NCBI GenBank assembly: GCA_964491865.1
Contig: CAZBIG010000001.1
Span: forward strand, 1-32,293
DNA: 32,293 bases
Source of the DNA: an uncultured Neomegalonema sp.
GTDB taxonomy: Bacteria > Pseudomonadota > Alphaproteobacteria > Rhodobacterales > Rhodobacteraceae
Reading direction: 5' to 3'
In this document: positions 29,301 to 32,293 of the stretch, in pieces
How positions within the stretch are numbered: position 1 is the first letter of the stretch
How the letters are laid out: the number at the start of each line of letters is the position of its first letter
Made by a program: the position numbers and the translations under genes
The notes under the pieces: generated by a model
Seen by the model: only the letters and a program-made list of their open reading frames with translations
Databases searched by the model: none
Told to the model about the DNA's origin: nothing

Positions 29301-32293
29301 GTGATCCTGTCGGGCGAAGCGAACGCGGGGCTCGCGGTGGTCGAGGTCGACGGCGGCGACGAGACCAGCGTCGACGTGCTGAACGTGTACGACGACGGGA
29401 GCACGGCCGACCGCGCCGGCGTTCTGACCGCCACCACGCTCAGCGGGCTCGGCATGGGCGGCGATTTCACGCTGTCCGACCCGGCTCAGGGGGCCGTCCG
29501 CACCATCCCGGGCGGGATCACCTTCGGCGCGGCCGACGATCCGGAGACCGACGCCGACGAGACTCGCACCACCATCGAGGTGCTGAACCTGTTCCTCGGC
29601 CAGGGCAACGACCAGCTGACCGTCGAAGGCGCGCTGAAGAACGCCGACGGCGCTTTCGGCGCCTTGACGGTCCTGCACGGCGGCGGCGGCTCGGACCGGT
29701 TCACGGTGACGGGCGGCGGCGGGGTCGACGCGCCGCTGGTGATCTTCGGCGACACCAGCCAGGACGGTTCGTGGTACACGGGCGCGCCCGGCCAGGCTGA
29801 TCGGATCACGGTCGCAGGAGCCGACGGCGCGCCGCGTCGCGCGCCGTCGGGCGCCGCCGCGGGCGCCGCCGGCGCCGCCGAGATAGACGCCCGCGCCCAG
29901 TTAGCCGCCGAAGCCGCGGCGGGCCGCGCCCCAGCGGACGGCCGGTCGGTGTACGCCGGGGCGGGCGACGACACGGTCTTCGGATCGTTCGCGGCGGACC
30001 AAATCGCCGGCGGCTCGGGCGACGACGTCATCATCGGCGACGGCGACGGATCAGGCGACCGGGCCGCGCTCGGCGGCGACGACCACATCTACGGCGACGG
30101 CGGCTTCAATCTCGACCTGTTCGGGCGCGCGCTCAGCGTGGCCGACATGGACGCCGAGGCGGCGACGGCGGGCGACGCCCTGACGGCGGGGGCCGACCGG
30201 ATCGACGCCGGGGCCGGCGCCGACATCGTCCATGCGGACTACGGCGTCGTCGACCTGGCGCAGGCGGGCGACCGCGACGCCGACCGGCTGCGGCTGCTCG
30301 GGACGGGCGACGTCGTCCGCGTCGAAAGCGTCGGACTGGACCGGCCGGGCGGGAACGACACGGTGCTCGGCGGCGCCGGGGACGACTGGGTTTTGGCCGG
30401 GGCGGGAAGCGACACGGTCGAGACCGGCGACGGCGACGACATTGCGATCGGCGGTCACGGGCGCCTGGTCTGGGCGGCGCGCGAGACGATCGCCGAGACG
30501 ATCGGCGCGGCCAGCGGCGCCGATCAGCTGCGCCTGGGCGGCGGCGACGACTGGGCGCTCGGCGGCGCCGGGGCCGACCGGATCGACGCCGGCGCCGGCG
30601 ACGACGTCGCGATCGGCGACGGCGGCCGGATCTTCGGGATCGCGGGCGCCGCCTCGGCCGAGGCCGTCGGCGCGGCCGGGGCCGACGACACGCTGCTGGG
30701 CGGGGACGGCGCGGACCGGCTGATCGGCGGCGCCGGGGCCGACCGGATCGACGCCGGCGCCGGCGCGGACGTCGCGCTCGGCGATCTCGGCCGGATCGAT
30801 CAGAGCGGCGGCCGGACGATCGCCGGCACGCTCGACGCCGCGCTGGCCGGCGCGCTGGCGTCGATCGGCGCCGCCGCCACCGTGATCGGCGGCGACGGCG
30901 CCGATTGGCTGATCGGCGGCGTCGCGGGCGACAGCATCGACGGCGGGGCCGGAGCCGACATCGCGATCGGCGACTTCGGCTTGATCGACGGCGAGCTCGG
31001 CGGCGCCGGCCGTCTCGAGGCGGTCGCGCGCGCCGATGTCGACGCGGGCGGCGACGACACGATCGCCGCGGGGCTCGGCGACGATCTGGCCTTCGGCGGC
31101 TCTGGGGCCGATCAGCTGATCGGGTCGGACGGGGCCGACGCGCTGATCGGCGACGACGGCGCCGCGATGTTCGCCCGATACGGCGCAAGCCAAGTCTCGG
31201 CGCGGTTCTCGAGCTTCGAAGGCGCGTTCGGCGGCGACGACCGCATCGACGGCGGGGCCGGCGACGATCTGGCGATCGGCGGCGCGGGCGCGGACCGGAT
31301 CGACGGGCGGGACGGCGACGACCGGCTGCTCGGCGACGCGGCGACGGCGCGGTTCGATCGGAACGGCGACCTCGCCGTCGAGACCGAGGCCGCGCCGGGT
31401 CAGGCCGGGGCCGATACCGTATATGGCGGGGACGGCGACGATCTGGCCGTCGGCGGCGACGGGGGCGACAGCCTGTCGGGCGGCGCCGGCGACAACGCGC
31501 TCGTCGGCGACGGCGCCATGGCGGCGTTCGAGCGCGGGCTGGGCTGGACCGCGATCATCGCGACCGAGACCGGCGCGGGCGGAGACGACCGCTTGTCGGC
31601 GTCCGATGGCGCGGACGTGCTGATCGGCGGGGTCGGCGCCGACATGCTCGACGCGGGCGGCGGCGACAATTTCTTGATCGGCGACGTCGGCCAACTCGAG
31701 CAGACCGCGGGCGCGACCCGTCTTTCGGGCGGCGACAGCGCCGACGGGCGCGACGGCGCCGACACGCTGGTGGCCGGATCGGGCGCCGACGCGATGATCG
31801 GCGGCGGCGGCGGCGACCGGATCGACGGCGGACGCGGCGACAACGTCGTTCTCGGCGACCAAGGGCGGCTCGACCTGTCCGACGGGCGTCTGATGATGGC
31901 GGCGACCAGCGCCTCCGCGGCCGGCGGGGCCGACACGGTCAACGGCGGCGCCGGCCGCGACATCGTGCTCGGCGGCGAGGGATCGGACATGGTGATCGCC
32001 GGCGACGATCGCGGCGGCGTCGAGGCGCGCGACGTGCTGATCGGCGACGGCGGCTATGTCGAAGCCGACGCGTCCGGCGCGGCGCGCCGCGCCGAAGCGG
32101 TCGCGGGCGGCGGCGCCGGCGACGACATGCTGGTGGCGGGCGACGGCGGCGGTCTGCTGATCGGCGGGGCCGGCGCGGACACTCTGGCCGGCGGGGCCGG
32201 CGCCGACACCTTGGTCGGCGACTTCGCCACCGCCCGGCGCGACGCGTCGGGCGGCGCCGAGATCGTCAGCGAGGACGCCAAACGCATCGCGCC
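5343..32293 (+). CDS. Giant (>=8,983 codons, 3'-truncated by window) repetitive LEPR-XLL/RTX-type secreted adhesin-like protein
   Basis: ATG at 5343 follows a GGAG Shine-Dalgarno; the in-frame upstream stop is TGA at 5043..5045. I translated 5343..13860 continuously and many later stretches in this frame (codon starts divisible by 3) and met no stop. The track lists no closed + ORF in this frame. All long minus-strand ORFs over the span are in the codon-in-register antisense frame, the typical shadow of a GC3-rich gene. The product is Asp/Gly/Ala/Val-rich with recognisable N-terminal LEPR-type motif, beta-solenoid-like repeats and RTX-like repeats. I met no Cys codon in the ~2,800 codons translated continuously. 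Confidence 0.93.
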   Translation, partial: MTDDRWVDERWDDTEASDGRDARAPAAPPQAIAAPTDPDAEASLHFEQIEPRVLLSADPITASTDAAEIIVQTEQLEDYDGDGTADSALTVRDGDGLLVKSWNLATFGGDDVGATLEIDGAAPDAGVSQTLTILHSDELARYVDEIRIDGVEPGAPASDRSAIDTIVFDSANENYDLGIDADLDLLTGRLAVQGLLVAFDGGVRIETPDVLRSVDVSVIADRVETDPAGGAFSVAEALVGGSAAISGAVGLSSGETLIDFLLPTSVQELTFWGSFGADQLEIGGAAAAVWAVEGEVADTGLFGAVEGRSSPRLAFQGMDAFVGSAGDDTLLGYDVGGAGLWTVEDEGVFTAYDASFSGFERFEAAGSGDTIYFKENGWLSAGFDGGSDATLILESAIDALSVALDATGEGVMTRGGQTVAVSGVTLVERQDENNVTILFNDTDNNVTLSYGYFDETDLEDARDAKKQPFTGGAGYYWRVSEQGKDDRFFKTPQNTIRFDLGAGADRLVVESTDTSFSGNLIINGGADSTVPIFSATNFTDPFNWEYEGDEVVFKSDVFTGGGDIKVRAEEIFVRSGVALDTRRGVQSNGAFRSTGDSGKIDLFGEKIKLRTNSALLAGATGAFSAGDVLLEVEEETKRYFLSPISLAERVVEIDVAQGARVEGANVRMIARATDLGSAKHAQTKDRDADQPRFFSGVYDDFQVMFQQFPIAFLNPTGMNASVGIRQADAFVTVDGASIVASDSVKLRTKTDVSANVQALVYDSYLNQQAEAGRTAGDSKTKGMTPEVAVAWSQVFTESKAVVKGGSTIVAGGDVDIIAQGAASSTTLARMSTNLLSNSFYKKNPQDFSAAANADNKTGYNGSLSDKHRSFAFTTAWVEADLTAQLRDTSSIVAGGAVNVLSTGSAKAKGETSMSLYLNVSGGAGTVFTIDKSKSRAIVEGDITAGGKLQSGSTFDAADPYTIHFDTHLDSYVIEMKDHGFETGDQITYQIGDSENPALASEIPGLTDGEEYFVLKESDDIFRLSPIAPIQMDVGAASSTSTHDLRRYETTTFMIDVVSDNTIDIGDHGFDDGDRVYYTHEGRAGSDLGLATDGTWHRVVAVNESAFKLIEESTYAALVENGAWLFDDSNLENINDDDFVEIKEGIGGLHRFYTAGQALSSAQGQQLKLVDHGFETGDVVSYTFAGAPGSELRYLEDGAERTLSHHGDAFDTEVQQYVVVVEDVSDTDGDASDYFRLVKIEDWPTVYEDPGLVDAFALDFSPTTEGGEHRFFAERNLAVEARAFRIAEISLSDAADNANTFYIPEHGFQTGDLVTYGPLEELNGSGSPRWILGPTLDLEYYVHVPDPVNDPDRLRLIEVTSIEDPTDLASFDRADAVELTVADGVDLLNEHFLHGARHVASFNPELVKGGDARNPDSGSIDPTRDALYFADGHGLATGDLVTYVTDQSVTNPVTFPHVAHHLSFDPRQSIAHGIEQATYELDVFINDDHLIDIDGGLENGDFVIYEARDNELGSLVDGARYRVLFNHLDGDGAPDPSRFVLIAEENWDDAFVADVAAANDVIERFGSANADNHSFTRYLFDDDIDGEAVGVVYMWGNSFQDGDLVTYRADPATGPIDGLTDGETYRVIFRSYTDAGRLDPDRFSLVEQSEWNRVGWEFGQPKNRLSAVEFGPASGNHAFVGTGDLRSIHDNALGIQYGEELGLKTGQKVQYWSGTYLETALGDADGVTFASDDTLFFEGHDLVDGDLVRYHHGGEAEDAISGLQIDQDIYRVINATEDSFQLVLDTDYQAALAAGDEVSSLAPIDTLGNDGELDLPNDHLFMKVVDTSIDGLVDQQYYYVIVDSENPGLLRLAETRDDALAGVAIEIVGHDPLSAVLGAAESLHELKLVVENEDDFDLGYFERKLIDFETPTGEAADYEISGLTLGEKYTVVVIDDHWIRLLTEDELLGADAASGILIEGRGAGDAHRFTLDGLRDGVQVEADLETKHIAKSKQEVGISFNWAKWKDFFKFGDVFASIFFMGSAYGTSQFYKPDPKQQENLQKQYEKETVKFAVSTGVTLVEQTVEALVGANAPEGETTDIVSGDAVIIRATSKQSSNHNVQSTLEKSKGKGGDLFAVAFGFAMIENTGRAVVGDQGRIDAAGDVTVTGKALNPFNVPIEYLFLGWQDHWASSGFSALSDRLDGNGGLGTIFLNNWVTSFAKGENTDDRSGSASTYALAVATNLYYNDAIAKVSSGARINRDIDRLTALGAAAKSDRSVEVRSVITEKFAFATGVAKTSYDIGLAAKFFAKKSASDVLKGAFRFRGAGAQRAIGAAIHVEVSKNNSHATIEAGAEITTGTAGDLKVIADEEIFRLALATAGGRAHEGFRDKADRGTLSAAGTVTWYDLASQVYAGIVTNDEAGVVVEGGDVLVKADSDVESVAISGIEISGDRNTVGISFTSSYSKRDVAAFIGARYDKYDDNPAENSVDGQARFDVGDVRVQSDSDGFIVSGSTAGTRSMDHSHYDFEQLAGDPERNEALSTVSAAQTTAPGRRPSYAPSTQADGLSAVAGGVTSSGSISLVYLGDDTFAYISDRGQWSVDDVDVSAKAGTSVATATGAAARTKKPKYTLEAPARTSGSTTIGGAVSINVVETATHAFVRDVDLEQRNADDAPVVTVKARRTGDINSFSAALAFDSVRYEEIAEVELIPDNSRSFAAANSMSFVKDEVNAQIVNASLSGEGTAAAGDLTVIAAHEGDVLGVGGGASYGTGAGAGGSLALNFVSASANAKIENSDIAVDGDVSVLARSDVDVHAVAISSGVVGKVADGQTNTRTSAFGSTVAVNWVDSDAALLDDEVDGRANLPDINATIANSRIVAGGDVIVEAQDDSRIASLAGAMAIGGTSFGWGSAISINVISTEVDAKIEGDSHVATLNGDVTLLAHSTTDELPRVPLPSLKVTFSFSTISGQRFVPYPSGGGVSGGKSPFNDGADSKIMTLGVSGAGGQGVTIGRSQSVNVITSKVRATVGDGVTIESGDDVEVLASDEAVIRSMNGAISVNLSAVAWRGAGYSAAMTSNVIDAATTARVEDATILAAGSVRVRADQAAQSHAIAFGASGGTAGASIGGSSLGGSVALATVLNTVIAHVGEGASVVAAEDVHVKAVNRGVGTAGAGALSAFAGAAGGSTAASVGNLTIINKTFARVDGDARIFAGAAGDGFDDLDGRTRHGVAVEAKSRYVFTVVSASGAVLIGASGAAFGGAANANVVEDRTKAYVTERSGAGAPTIRSLGDVAINARSEFEITSAAAGAGLSIGRGAGAGVEVTIASRQTAAYVASGGVIDAGGDVVVTAEADDQLMLLGLAYGGSLGRAGAVAFALDVGALALETTAKIGADARVTAIGNVAVTALSDVELDHAAGSLAVGIDAVPGISPATVSASGAATVVDKTTRAVIAEGAQVSALAQTDAIEVITGRITQGEAYDRTASREIQVDVDPTADLAADGVTINSASHGFLTGDEVLYVASARDMGDLVSGRSYVVVNADADSFQLAESADGPALSLTDGTLLGRNDIQTFSTVIEVAAPELSEDSEVPLEAAHRGDYVAETALRRGVIVAAASIDDLEIYATTGAMAISSASVAMTGSVSTHSIDTEAVIRQGARVNDPTAFARSVAPADVTGGAIDAWGHGLATGDRVVYAGASVADLVDGGVYAVIALDANRFALAAIDAPETPIALSAPSTAFTLTRADLPDAHSRQGVYVDAGRGHQITVVGAGVSASKLAAAGTAALSLPMLAGETYAAIEGGSGAVDTVVRAAGDVEVAAFAASVTVGFAVGGAGSVGMPALAGAATAATIDTDTIAQIAGQARVTAGGNVAVLAQDDTQVYSVAGAGAFSYGASAGSGAISTVIIQKDTKASIEGAFVDAMGAGPSTVGGVTDGGYDETGAPGAVDGVRGVVVDASSREIIEAIAVGTAAAGAGFTLSGSVVHVFADSDTAAFVRDAQINQNTGPGAHAEQSVLVGARNMLDATAGAGGLSVQMAGVAVGAAFGVVTFRNDTTAFIGHEGLAGDTSEVRAADTVAVRAVGDQKLNNVVAAGAISPLFIGAAGAFAVVSVGQDAQKDWSDGQGNVGSLSEAQATTSSENSGDVVGESDEALGNFSGGYEATAPEGLALDAGAVETADIGLVPGATYVVIAADGDVFQISDAEGGAPITIDIDAMTAEERYLFTTAEGARLSFTADDTAIDASGQVDGGLFFIADSALQVGDQLTFEAPGRVYLTEENGQRAGSGWSTGALVVYDSGASAALSGLVDGAAYYVIADEELEGGVRLADSYENALAGIGVSISAGEGDGHRLIRALPTFDPAGPRVDEATGAIDLEYDFGLSTGDLIRYSASDGEALGGLVSGRAYFAVVDAEDPTKIRLAGSRDDAFAGAHIAFTVGDASGAAHTLTPIGDTGGGINSGAALSMDGLGRQSAAPSLEALVLSTPKTSGVTAMIWSDVVIDAADLEVTATLDSDLDVTATGVGMGGAQPAGGVGVGIGISTVVVNNDVTAEVVAGSGALDGRTTRLNGAGALDVTADYRGSVDAVAVSGAGAFVAAAGSAVVIQDSSDVKALLGTGAQDASQGVAVTGFDAVTVAADGRLRAGTFASHLMRAGGGLGASVVDVRTSGDVIAAVGPHGRIGTPGDTIGDLTVSATRAMSNDQVDALDDVFDRDASSMALGGSAALIGAVGMAATAIDRGDAVAEIRENARVDATGVLTVAADASAHVRATAAALQFGLKHAAGVVVTRAESRGDARARILGQDGAPAETDAPAIRAGGVSVTAQADNRAKSSGSSLAIGATIAAYNQSDAVVSGDVTALIGDHAHVVAAAGGVLVGATGRLHGEAVISGATVSYGSVAAGQARTDVSGGDVAAAIGAGAIVRAAAGVGVQARFEAAEDGRAAYAETLAGSGDLVGLNLHWAEARSDVDSTARVGAGAIIDGGAGAVGISAVSHRNTAEARGDSVALAALAVGQIATNSEARGEARAEIASGSSAGDGVVIRGAGLSITADQAASADTTNKKAAGGVVGTVHVAPATADAIVDATALIGDHAQIAVDGDLTLASDAKAEADARIFAAAASLGANITVSDGEVEVRPTVKTRIGAYADLAADAVTITATANDFDKTPFDDRISTVDIAANRLTVNGDAAGHGLVDGQLVLYDAGGAAGLASGDPAANDLDDPANAHLHLDETRANTALESGRLYRALVDSATTFQFGEEFAGVDIDDATDTITFVDDAGVPRAHSFRDGDVVRYYAVDGVAAPGLEDSADGESAAYEVIVVSATQIQLRPAFDAPFAASHGFDPSKVYDAETGELVEAETEAERSVRDSVITLDGHGFRDGQAVVYTAPEASAFTGGGVDAVTDSEGALVYDADGAQVYGDDDTLYLGQNDYQDGEEVVYLGVSGVEFQTRDVDLDASSTRITAINHGFSTGQTVQYVAAEHDAGDEVSVRTTTERFYTIGDVEHVLDGATVSEAKSKALGGLALDGEYMVIVHDANTISLQQVATAPDGTPLVDVNAALSLSAPAFDGAVTHYLTPTTIAVEAEDGGTTFQPTETIDGLDSGRRYVVKHFDATGTRVQLFERTIDTRFETDPEIVEDTGERHVYDSVGDVTVAFGESAGALGASAPHIFDLAGHGFAEGEVVRYSAATAAITGLVEGADYVVSLSHPDGRALDGANQFVLLDGPGGALVEATALAAGGGDAHSFESVRQLEAVIYEARSVTREIAETPSVDFAAGPIALSAAAEDRQSGAVHSLKRPGARAIDGLISGVTYYADVLDADRLRLATTAQDAAADRFITLDATGVSGLHGLGAIRVDLARDDAGATHRLAIDFSETPSGADAHRLLSSSGLPLNLRATASGDGQSSVSFTTGSGALVGDVSVNQGDLRQVVTSEIDIFASEIAARGDVTVGSRAKTDALADGDALSTALIATVGSNHVEADVDTISRVVIGGVDPTRSDAGAIGTRIASAGDVTITTDADTEAYVATERAAGGLIGVNVAGGRLTVGYASDIVLGAGEIAAPGDLTVAARASTEGRATTRSDTGGLVPVATAYATVKIEGGGANGARLDIARDGAMRLSGGKVALAAETRELTAKAKARAGSYGVIGGVRAEADVEADVENTVRLRSGAEVQADSGLDITAASDKVATKADANATLTTFIISADALADNSTRVDALVQADDGAATIVAPGADADALTVRADRGEVNADADANRRVPTIKIKIKTPWKTYKIRIELAGGKRDNDTKKSGEEQIVWNADIAAARGEAPILLINENREIEQLSGFVVNQVSGRGATRLDEGAAFEAGADIQVERVSTGSESRVVFEAETISGSGGEASLSPTLGSVYIVNRSDLDLIVETLDLADDDPELTIEAVGDSSLSFAATTREVLSTDLLIQNTHAGADLTLAGTIDNGVGATRLITAGGAILSSGSGQRLETNTLTVETGGAAGDVGDASARLSIDLVSSADREAAIDIQASGAIFLDLGVIARKAGAAGPIAFDATRIWAAGDAADLRLRTAIHQQPGTASGRITGVNVAAPGQLQAPTAARGGGGDTAVALDLSFGAQSGLGLRSSGIVSIERADAALGTDPAIDIDAVVSAPAQSGAVYVVTDGDVALSAFASALPVGQVVSTFGDVTLTADAITDAESDGAAIEPGAWFDGAYGPADVVGGAISLFAGAGGVGAAAQHLEIDAGYSGAGAASATAAGSVYLADTSGDFLVASIRAEGATPETARVVLNALDGSLLGLGGEGPSVTAHAIDLRAAGAVGSATEAFLVDAGVLAGGTPSDGQVGAEGVDGVHLADSDGALRVLQAVSSGGDVRLVTRDLAAAEGQDEDVVLLGSGDSHAVEGGATRIDGGRIEAAGAVVVRAGDDVVSEAGTLISAGQTVEIYGDDGDADAGYGARILLSGTLRAGAAASGVKSVDQAVSVFGGADADRITLFETTLEAQTNVYGSASAIASTTADGRDRLEAVRLRTITTESRLADGATRVDRLRLDGQSGGDDYRVYTAGSLADAPQDYTVDVLDSGRADDGADTLSVFGASDAASGADPNIATTRGEADGSAGAGDDVFLLRAATALPGEDLDGARIGYVALLHGSLTDTRAGTDASGQAMDDRGQPIQRPSETARINYTSAVNGRLSVLGLGGDDYFASDDTVAATTLDGGAGADVFQIGQLYASARDAVAGLAPWDAFATTEVNIGVGVDDVQTAYLSAGASAPLLASGGDGNDVFSVYANQGVTRLEGDAGDDAFSIRAFALTSSGEITQEMTEVDGGEGDDQISYHLNARVSIEGGEGFDSLIVIGTEADDNFVVTADGVYGAGLSVEMSGTEEIREIDGLEGDDTFFVLGTAFGSATRVIGGLGSDTFNVGSNVTEEIISQSMTGVGRSIGHATRSDDAAWSTLPVDGVDVTVAAAGRQGLVSIEASDGATVVDEAAADGAQWDSVSVRLTARPTETVYVTISAGRSSQSEADRGAESLLLSTTDPRSLGDPAAGFFDTVLVDGVAETRPNHDVVLVFTPEDYDAAQTVYVTAGDDAASEGVKDAALFATTQSADAAFDGAPVDLELVTILDDDRAEIVIEELDASGESDGETLVLEGRNALEAVTDQYRLRLGAPLAAGEIVTVTIAYDDARLSLSDADGRLVENGDGTATLRFEQGVAGRDAHDAALVTVAAIDDDAAQGASSSGLIHTFTTSRTSGAYFLNQMVVDPQTGAATPTQKRLGVALHDNDAPQVLARETDGGLVVVADGLDAAGRALGDGRTDSYTLRLSAPPAETVRLTFSADGATSIDLAASNAAARAAGFAGDRFGYVAIGAAGAGLSVGDFALTDDGAAAPALTRLDGGSFLTDGFEVGRRVALTDADGARLGALKIQSISADGARIVFTDEIDLSRRTAGATTTLIGATLTRLAVETAFTPTAAEASDSDAADAWWRPVEVVVAADPYFEEPEEQTATRRFAPTAHSTSGVQGPLEIVGGFETQRTLVNAVILSGEANAGLAVVEVDGGDETSVDVLNVYDDGSTADRAGVLTATTLSGLGMGGDFTLSDPAQGAVRTIPGGITFGAADDPETDADETRTTIEVLNLFLGQGNDQLTVEGALKNADGAFGALTVLHGGGGSDRFTVTGGGGVDAPLVIFGDTSQDGSWYTGAPGQADRITVAGADGAPRRAPSGAAAGAAGAAEIDARAQLAAEAAAGRAPADGRSVYAGAGDDTVFGSFAADQIAGGSGDDVIIGDGDGSGDRAALGGDDHIYGDGGFNLDLFGRALSVADMDAEAATAGDALTAGADRIDAGAGADIVHADYGVVDLAQAGDRDADRLRLLGTGDVVRVESVGLDRPGGNDTVLGGAGDDWVLAGAGSDTVETGDGDDIAIGGHGRLVWAARETIAETIGAASGADQLRLGGGDDWALGGAGADRIDAGAGDDVAIGDGGRIFGIAGAASAEAVGAAGADDTLLGGDGADRLIGGAGADRIDAGAGADVALGDLGRIDQSGGRTIAGTLDAALAGALASIGAAATVIGGDGADWLIGGVAGDSIDGGAGADIAIGDFGLIDGELGGAGRLEAVARADVDAGGDDTIAAGLGDDLAFGGSGADQLIGSDGADALIGDDGAAMFARYGASQVSARFSSFEGAFGGDDRIDGGAGDDLAIGGAGADRIDGRDGDDRLLGDAATARFDRNGDLAVETEAAPGQAGADTVYGGDGDDLAVGGDGGDSLSGGAGDNALVGDGAMAAFERGLGWTAIIATETGAGGDDRLSASDGADVLIGGVGADMLDAGGGDNFLIGDVGQLEQTAGATRLSGGDSADGRDGADTLVAGSGADAMIGGGGGDRIDGGRGDNVVLGDQGRLDLSDGRLMMAATSASAAGGADTVNGGAGRDIVLGGEGSDMVIAGDDRGGVEARDVLIGDGGYVEADASGAARRAEAVAGGGAGDDMLVAGDGGGLLIGGAGADTLAGGAGADTLVGDFATARRDASGGAEIVSEDAKRIA
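5472..5519 (+). other. LEPR-XLL-type N-terminal motif
   Basis: The translation is LHFEQIEPRVLLSADP (residues ~44-59). The L-E-P-R-x-L-L-S-A-D signature is known (from memory) as the LEPR-XLL N-terminal domain of very large repetitive secreted proteins. Confidence 0.7.
6990..8200 (+). repeat. Solenoid-like repeat block 1 (GDx-x-V-x-A type); boundaries approximate
   Basis: Recurrent motifs are GGGDIKVRAEE, SAGDVLLEVEE, AGGDVDIIAQG and AGGAVNVLSTG, separated by Ala/Ser/Thr-rich strands. Confidence 0.5.
8271..11260 (+). repeat. HG[FL]xTGD repeat cluster 1 (about 10 units); boundaries approximate
   Basis: Cores verified by hand: DHGFETGD 8271..8294, DHGFDDGD 8538..8561, DHGFETGD 8850..8873, EHGFQTGD 9252..9275, GHGLATGD 9633..9656. 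Degenerate units are GLENGDFVIY, SFQDGDLVTY, LGLKTGQKVQY and HDLVDGDLVRY. Each core is followed by xVxY, then GLxDGxxYxV, then FxL(A/V). Confidence 0.75.
11281..11500 (+). other. Lys/aromatic-rich, lower-GC junction segment
   Basis: The translation is EADLETKHIAKSKQEVGISFNWAKWKDFFKFGDVFASIFFMGSAYGTSQFYKPDPKQQENLQKQYEKETVKF. Its composition is very different from the acidic repeats on either side. Confidence 0.5.
11500..15700 (+). repeat. Solenoid-like repeat block 2 (~53-aa period); boundaries approximate
   Basis: Example: AGDLTVIAAHEGDVLGVGGGASYGTGAGAGGSLALNFVSASANAKIENSDIAVDGDVSVLARSDVDVHAVAISSG. The G-D core at 13518 recurs at 13677, which is 159 nt or 53 aa. Confidence 0.65.
15760..16500 (+). 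repeat. HG[FL]xTGD repeat cluster 2 (2 units)
   Basis: First unit: SHGFLTGD at 15795..15818 (INSASHGFLTGDEVLYVASARDMGDLVSGRSYVVVNADADSFQLAES). Second unit: GHGLATGD at 16317..16340 (GHGLATGDRVVYAGASVADLVDGGVYAVIALDANRFALAA). Confidence 0.8.
16560..17700 (+). repeat. Solenoid-like repeat block 3
   Basis: AAGDVEVAAFAASVTVGFAVGGAGS is followed by TAGGNVAVLAQDDTQVYSVAGAGAFSYGASAGSGAISTV. The core spacing from 16707 to 16872 is 165 nt, or 55 aa. Confidence 0.65.
17790..18600 (+). repeat. HG[FL]xTGD-type repeat cluster 3 (about 3 degenerate units)
   Basis: GLVPGATYVVIAADGDVFQISD occurs at 17802 onward. DFGLSTGD lies at 18390..18413 and is followed by LIRY...GLVSGRAYFAVVDAEDPTKIRLAGS. The cluster also contains SALQVGDQLTF and GLVDGAAYYVIAD. 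Confidence 0.65.
18700..20700 (+). repeat. Solenoid-like repeat block 4
   Basis: Verified by hand for 18720..18960: DLEVTATLDSDLDVTATGVGMGGAQPAGGVGVGIGISTVVVNNDVTAEVVAGSG. Similar units follow (GDLTVSAT, GVLTVAADAS, AGGVSVTAQAD, DGDLTLASDA), but those were read less rigorously. Confidence 0.6.
20740..22900 (+). repeat. HG[FL]xTGD repeat cluster 4 (about 7-8 units)
   Basis: Cores verified: GHGLVDGQ 20817..20840, AHSFRDGD 21096..21119, GHGFRDGQ 21372..21395, NHGFSTGQ 21645..21668, GHGFAEGE 22269..22292. Confidence 0.75.
22950..23990 (+). repeat. Solenoid-like repeat block 5
   Basis: ARGDVTVGSRA (~23085), SAGDVTITTDA (~23277) and PGDLTVAARA (~23433) give core spacings of about 52-64 aa. Confidence 0.55.
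24000..24130 (+). other. Lys-rich alternating-pattern junction segment
   Basis: Verified translation: NRRVPTIKIKIKTPWKTYKIRIELAGGKRDNDTKKSGEEQIVW. It is locally lower in GC. Confidence 0.5.
24200..26250 (+). repeat. Second solenoid-like repeat class (~86-aa spacing)
   Basis: GGAISLFAGAGGVGAAAQHLEIDAG...GSVYLADTSGDFLVASIRA is followed by AHAIDLRAAGAVGSATEAFLVDAG...GVHLADSDGALRVLQAVSSGGDVRLV. The A-I core at 25371 recurs at 25629, which is 258 nt or 86 aa. The style resembles FhaB/large-exoprotein beta-helices. Confidence 0.5.
26780..27460 (+). repeat. GGxGxDxF calcium-binding-like units
   Basis: Verified units: LGGDDYFAS, DGGAGADVFQIG, GGDGNDVFSVY, GDAGDDAFSIR, DGGEGDDQISY, GGEGFDSLIVIGTEADDNFVVTADGV, GLEGDDTFFVLG, GGLGSDTFNVG. 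Confidence 0.6.
27540..28700 (+). other. Two to three Calx-beta/cadherin-like beta-sandwich modules
   Basis: Module 1 is verified: WDSVSVRLTARPTETVYVTISAG...VVLVFTPEDYDAAQTVYVTAGDDAASEG...LELVTILDDD. Later modules read YRLRLGAPLAAGEIVTVTIAY...VTVAAIDDDAAQG...VALHDNDAP and SYTLRLSAPPAETVRLTFSADG. The pattern (xYxLxLxxxPxxxVxV ... QTVxVxAxDD ... DDD/DND) is typical of such adhesin modules. The family assignment is not verified. Confidence 0.45.
29955..32293 (+). repeat. RTX-like (GGxGxD) calcium-binding repeat region with ~55-aa super-repeat, open at window end
   Basis: Verified start: AGAGDDTVFGSFAADQIAGGSGDDVIIGDGDGSGDRAALGGDDHIYGDGG. Units of the form GGxGxDxLxGGxGxDxIDxGxGxDxxxGDxGxI plus a ~20-aa linker then continue to the last codon of the window. 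A 42-bp perfect direct repeat occurs at 30559..30600 and 30724..30765. Confidence 0.8.

Noticed and set aside
6770-31188. Arg-rich off-frame ORFs: 6770..7921 +, 20132..21199 +, 24872..25579 +, 26918..27916 +, 29135..29800 + and 30133..31188 -.
   Set aside because: Their translations are dominated by R/G/P runs (e.g. RRRRRRHHRPRG). This is typical of out-of-frame reading of GC-rich coding DNA, and they lie entirely inside the giant CDS.
5112-31862. Long minus-strand ORFs in the track: 5112..7100, 8100..10469, 10488..10991, 11100..11747, 11934..12320, 13440..16559 (1039 aa), 17136..21851 (1571 aa), 21930..22958, 23007..25895, 26262..29678 (1138 aa) and 30051..31862.
   Set aside because: All are in the one antisense frame that is codon-in-register with the plus-strand frame starting at 5343. 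In that frame antisense stops correspond to the rare sense codons TTA/CTA/TCA. Their products are Arg/Ala/Gly/Asp/Val low-complexity with no recognisable motifs. The sense frame gives coherent repeat and domain sequence and never closes. They are shadow ORFs.
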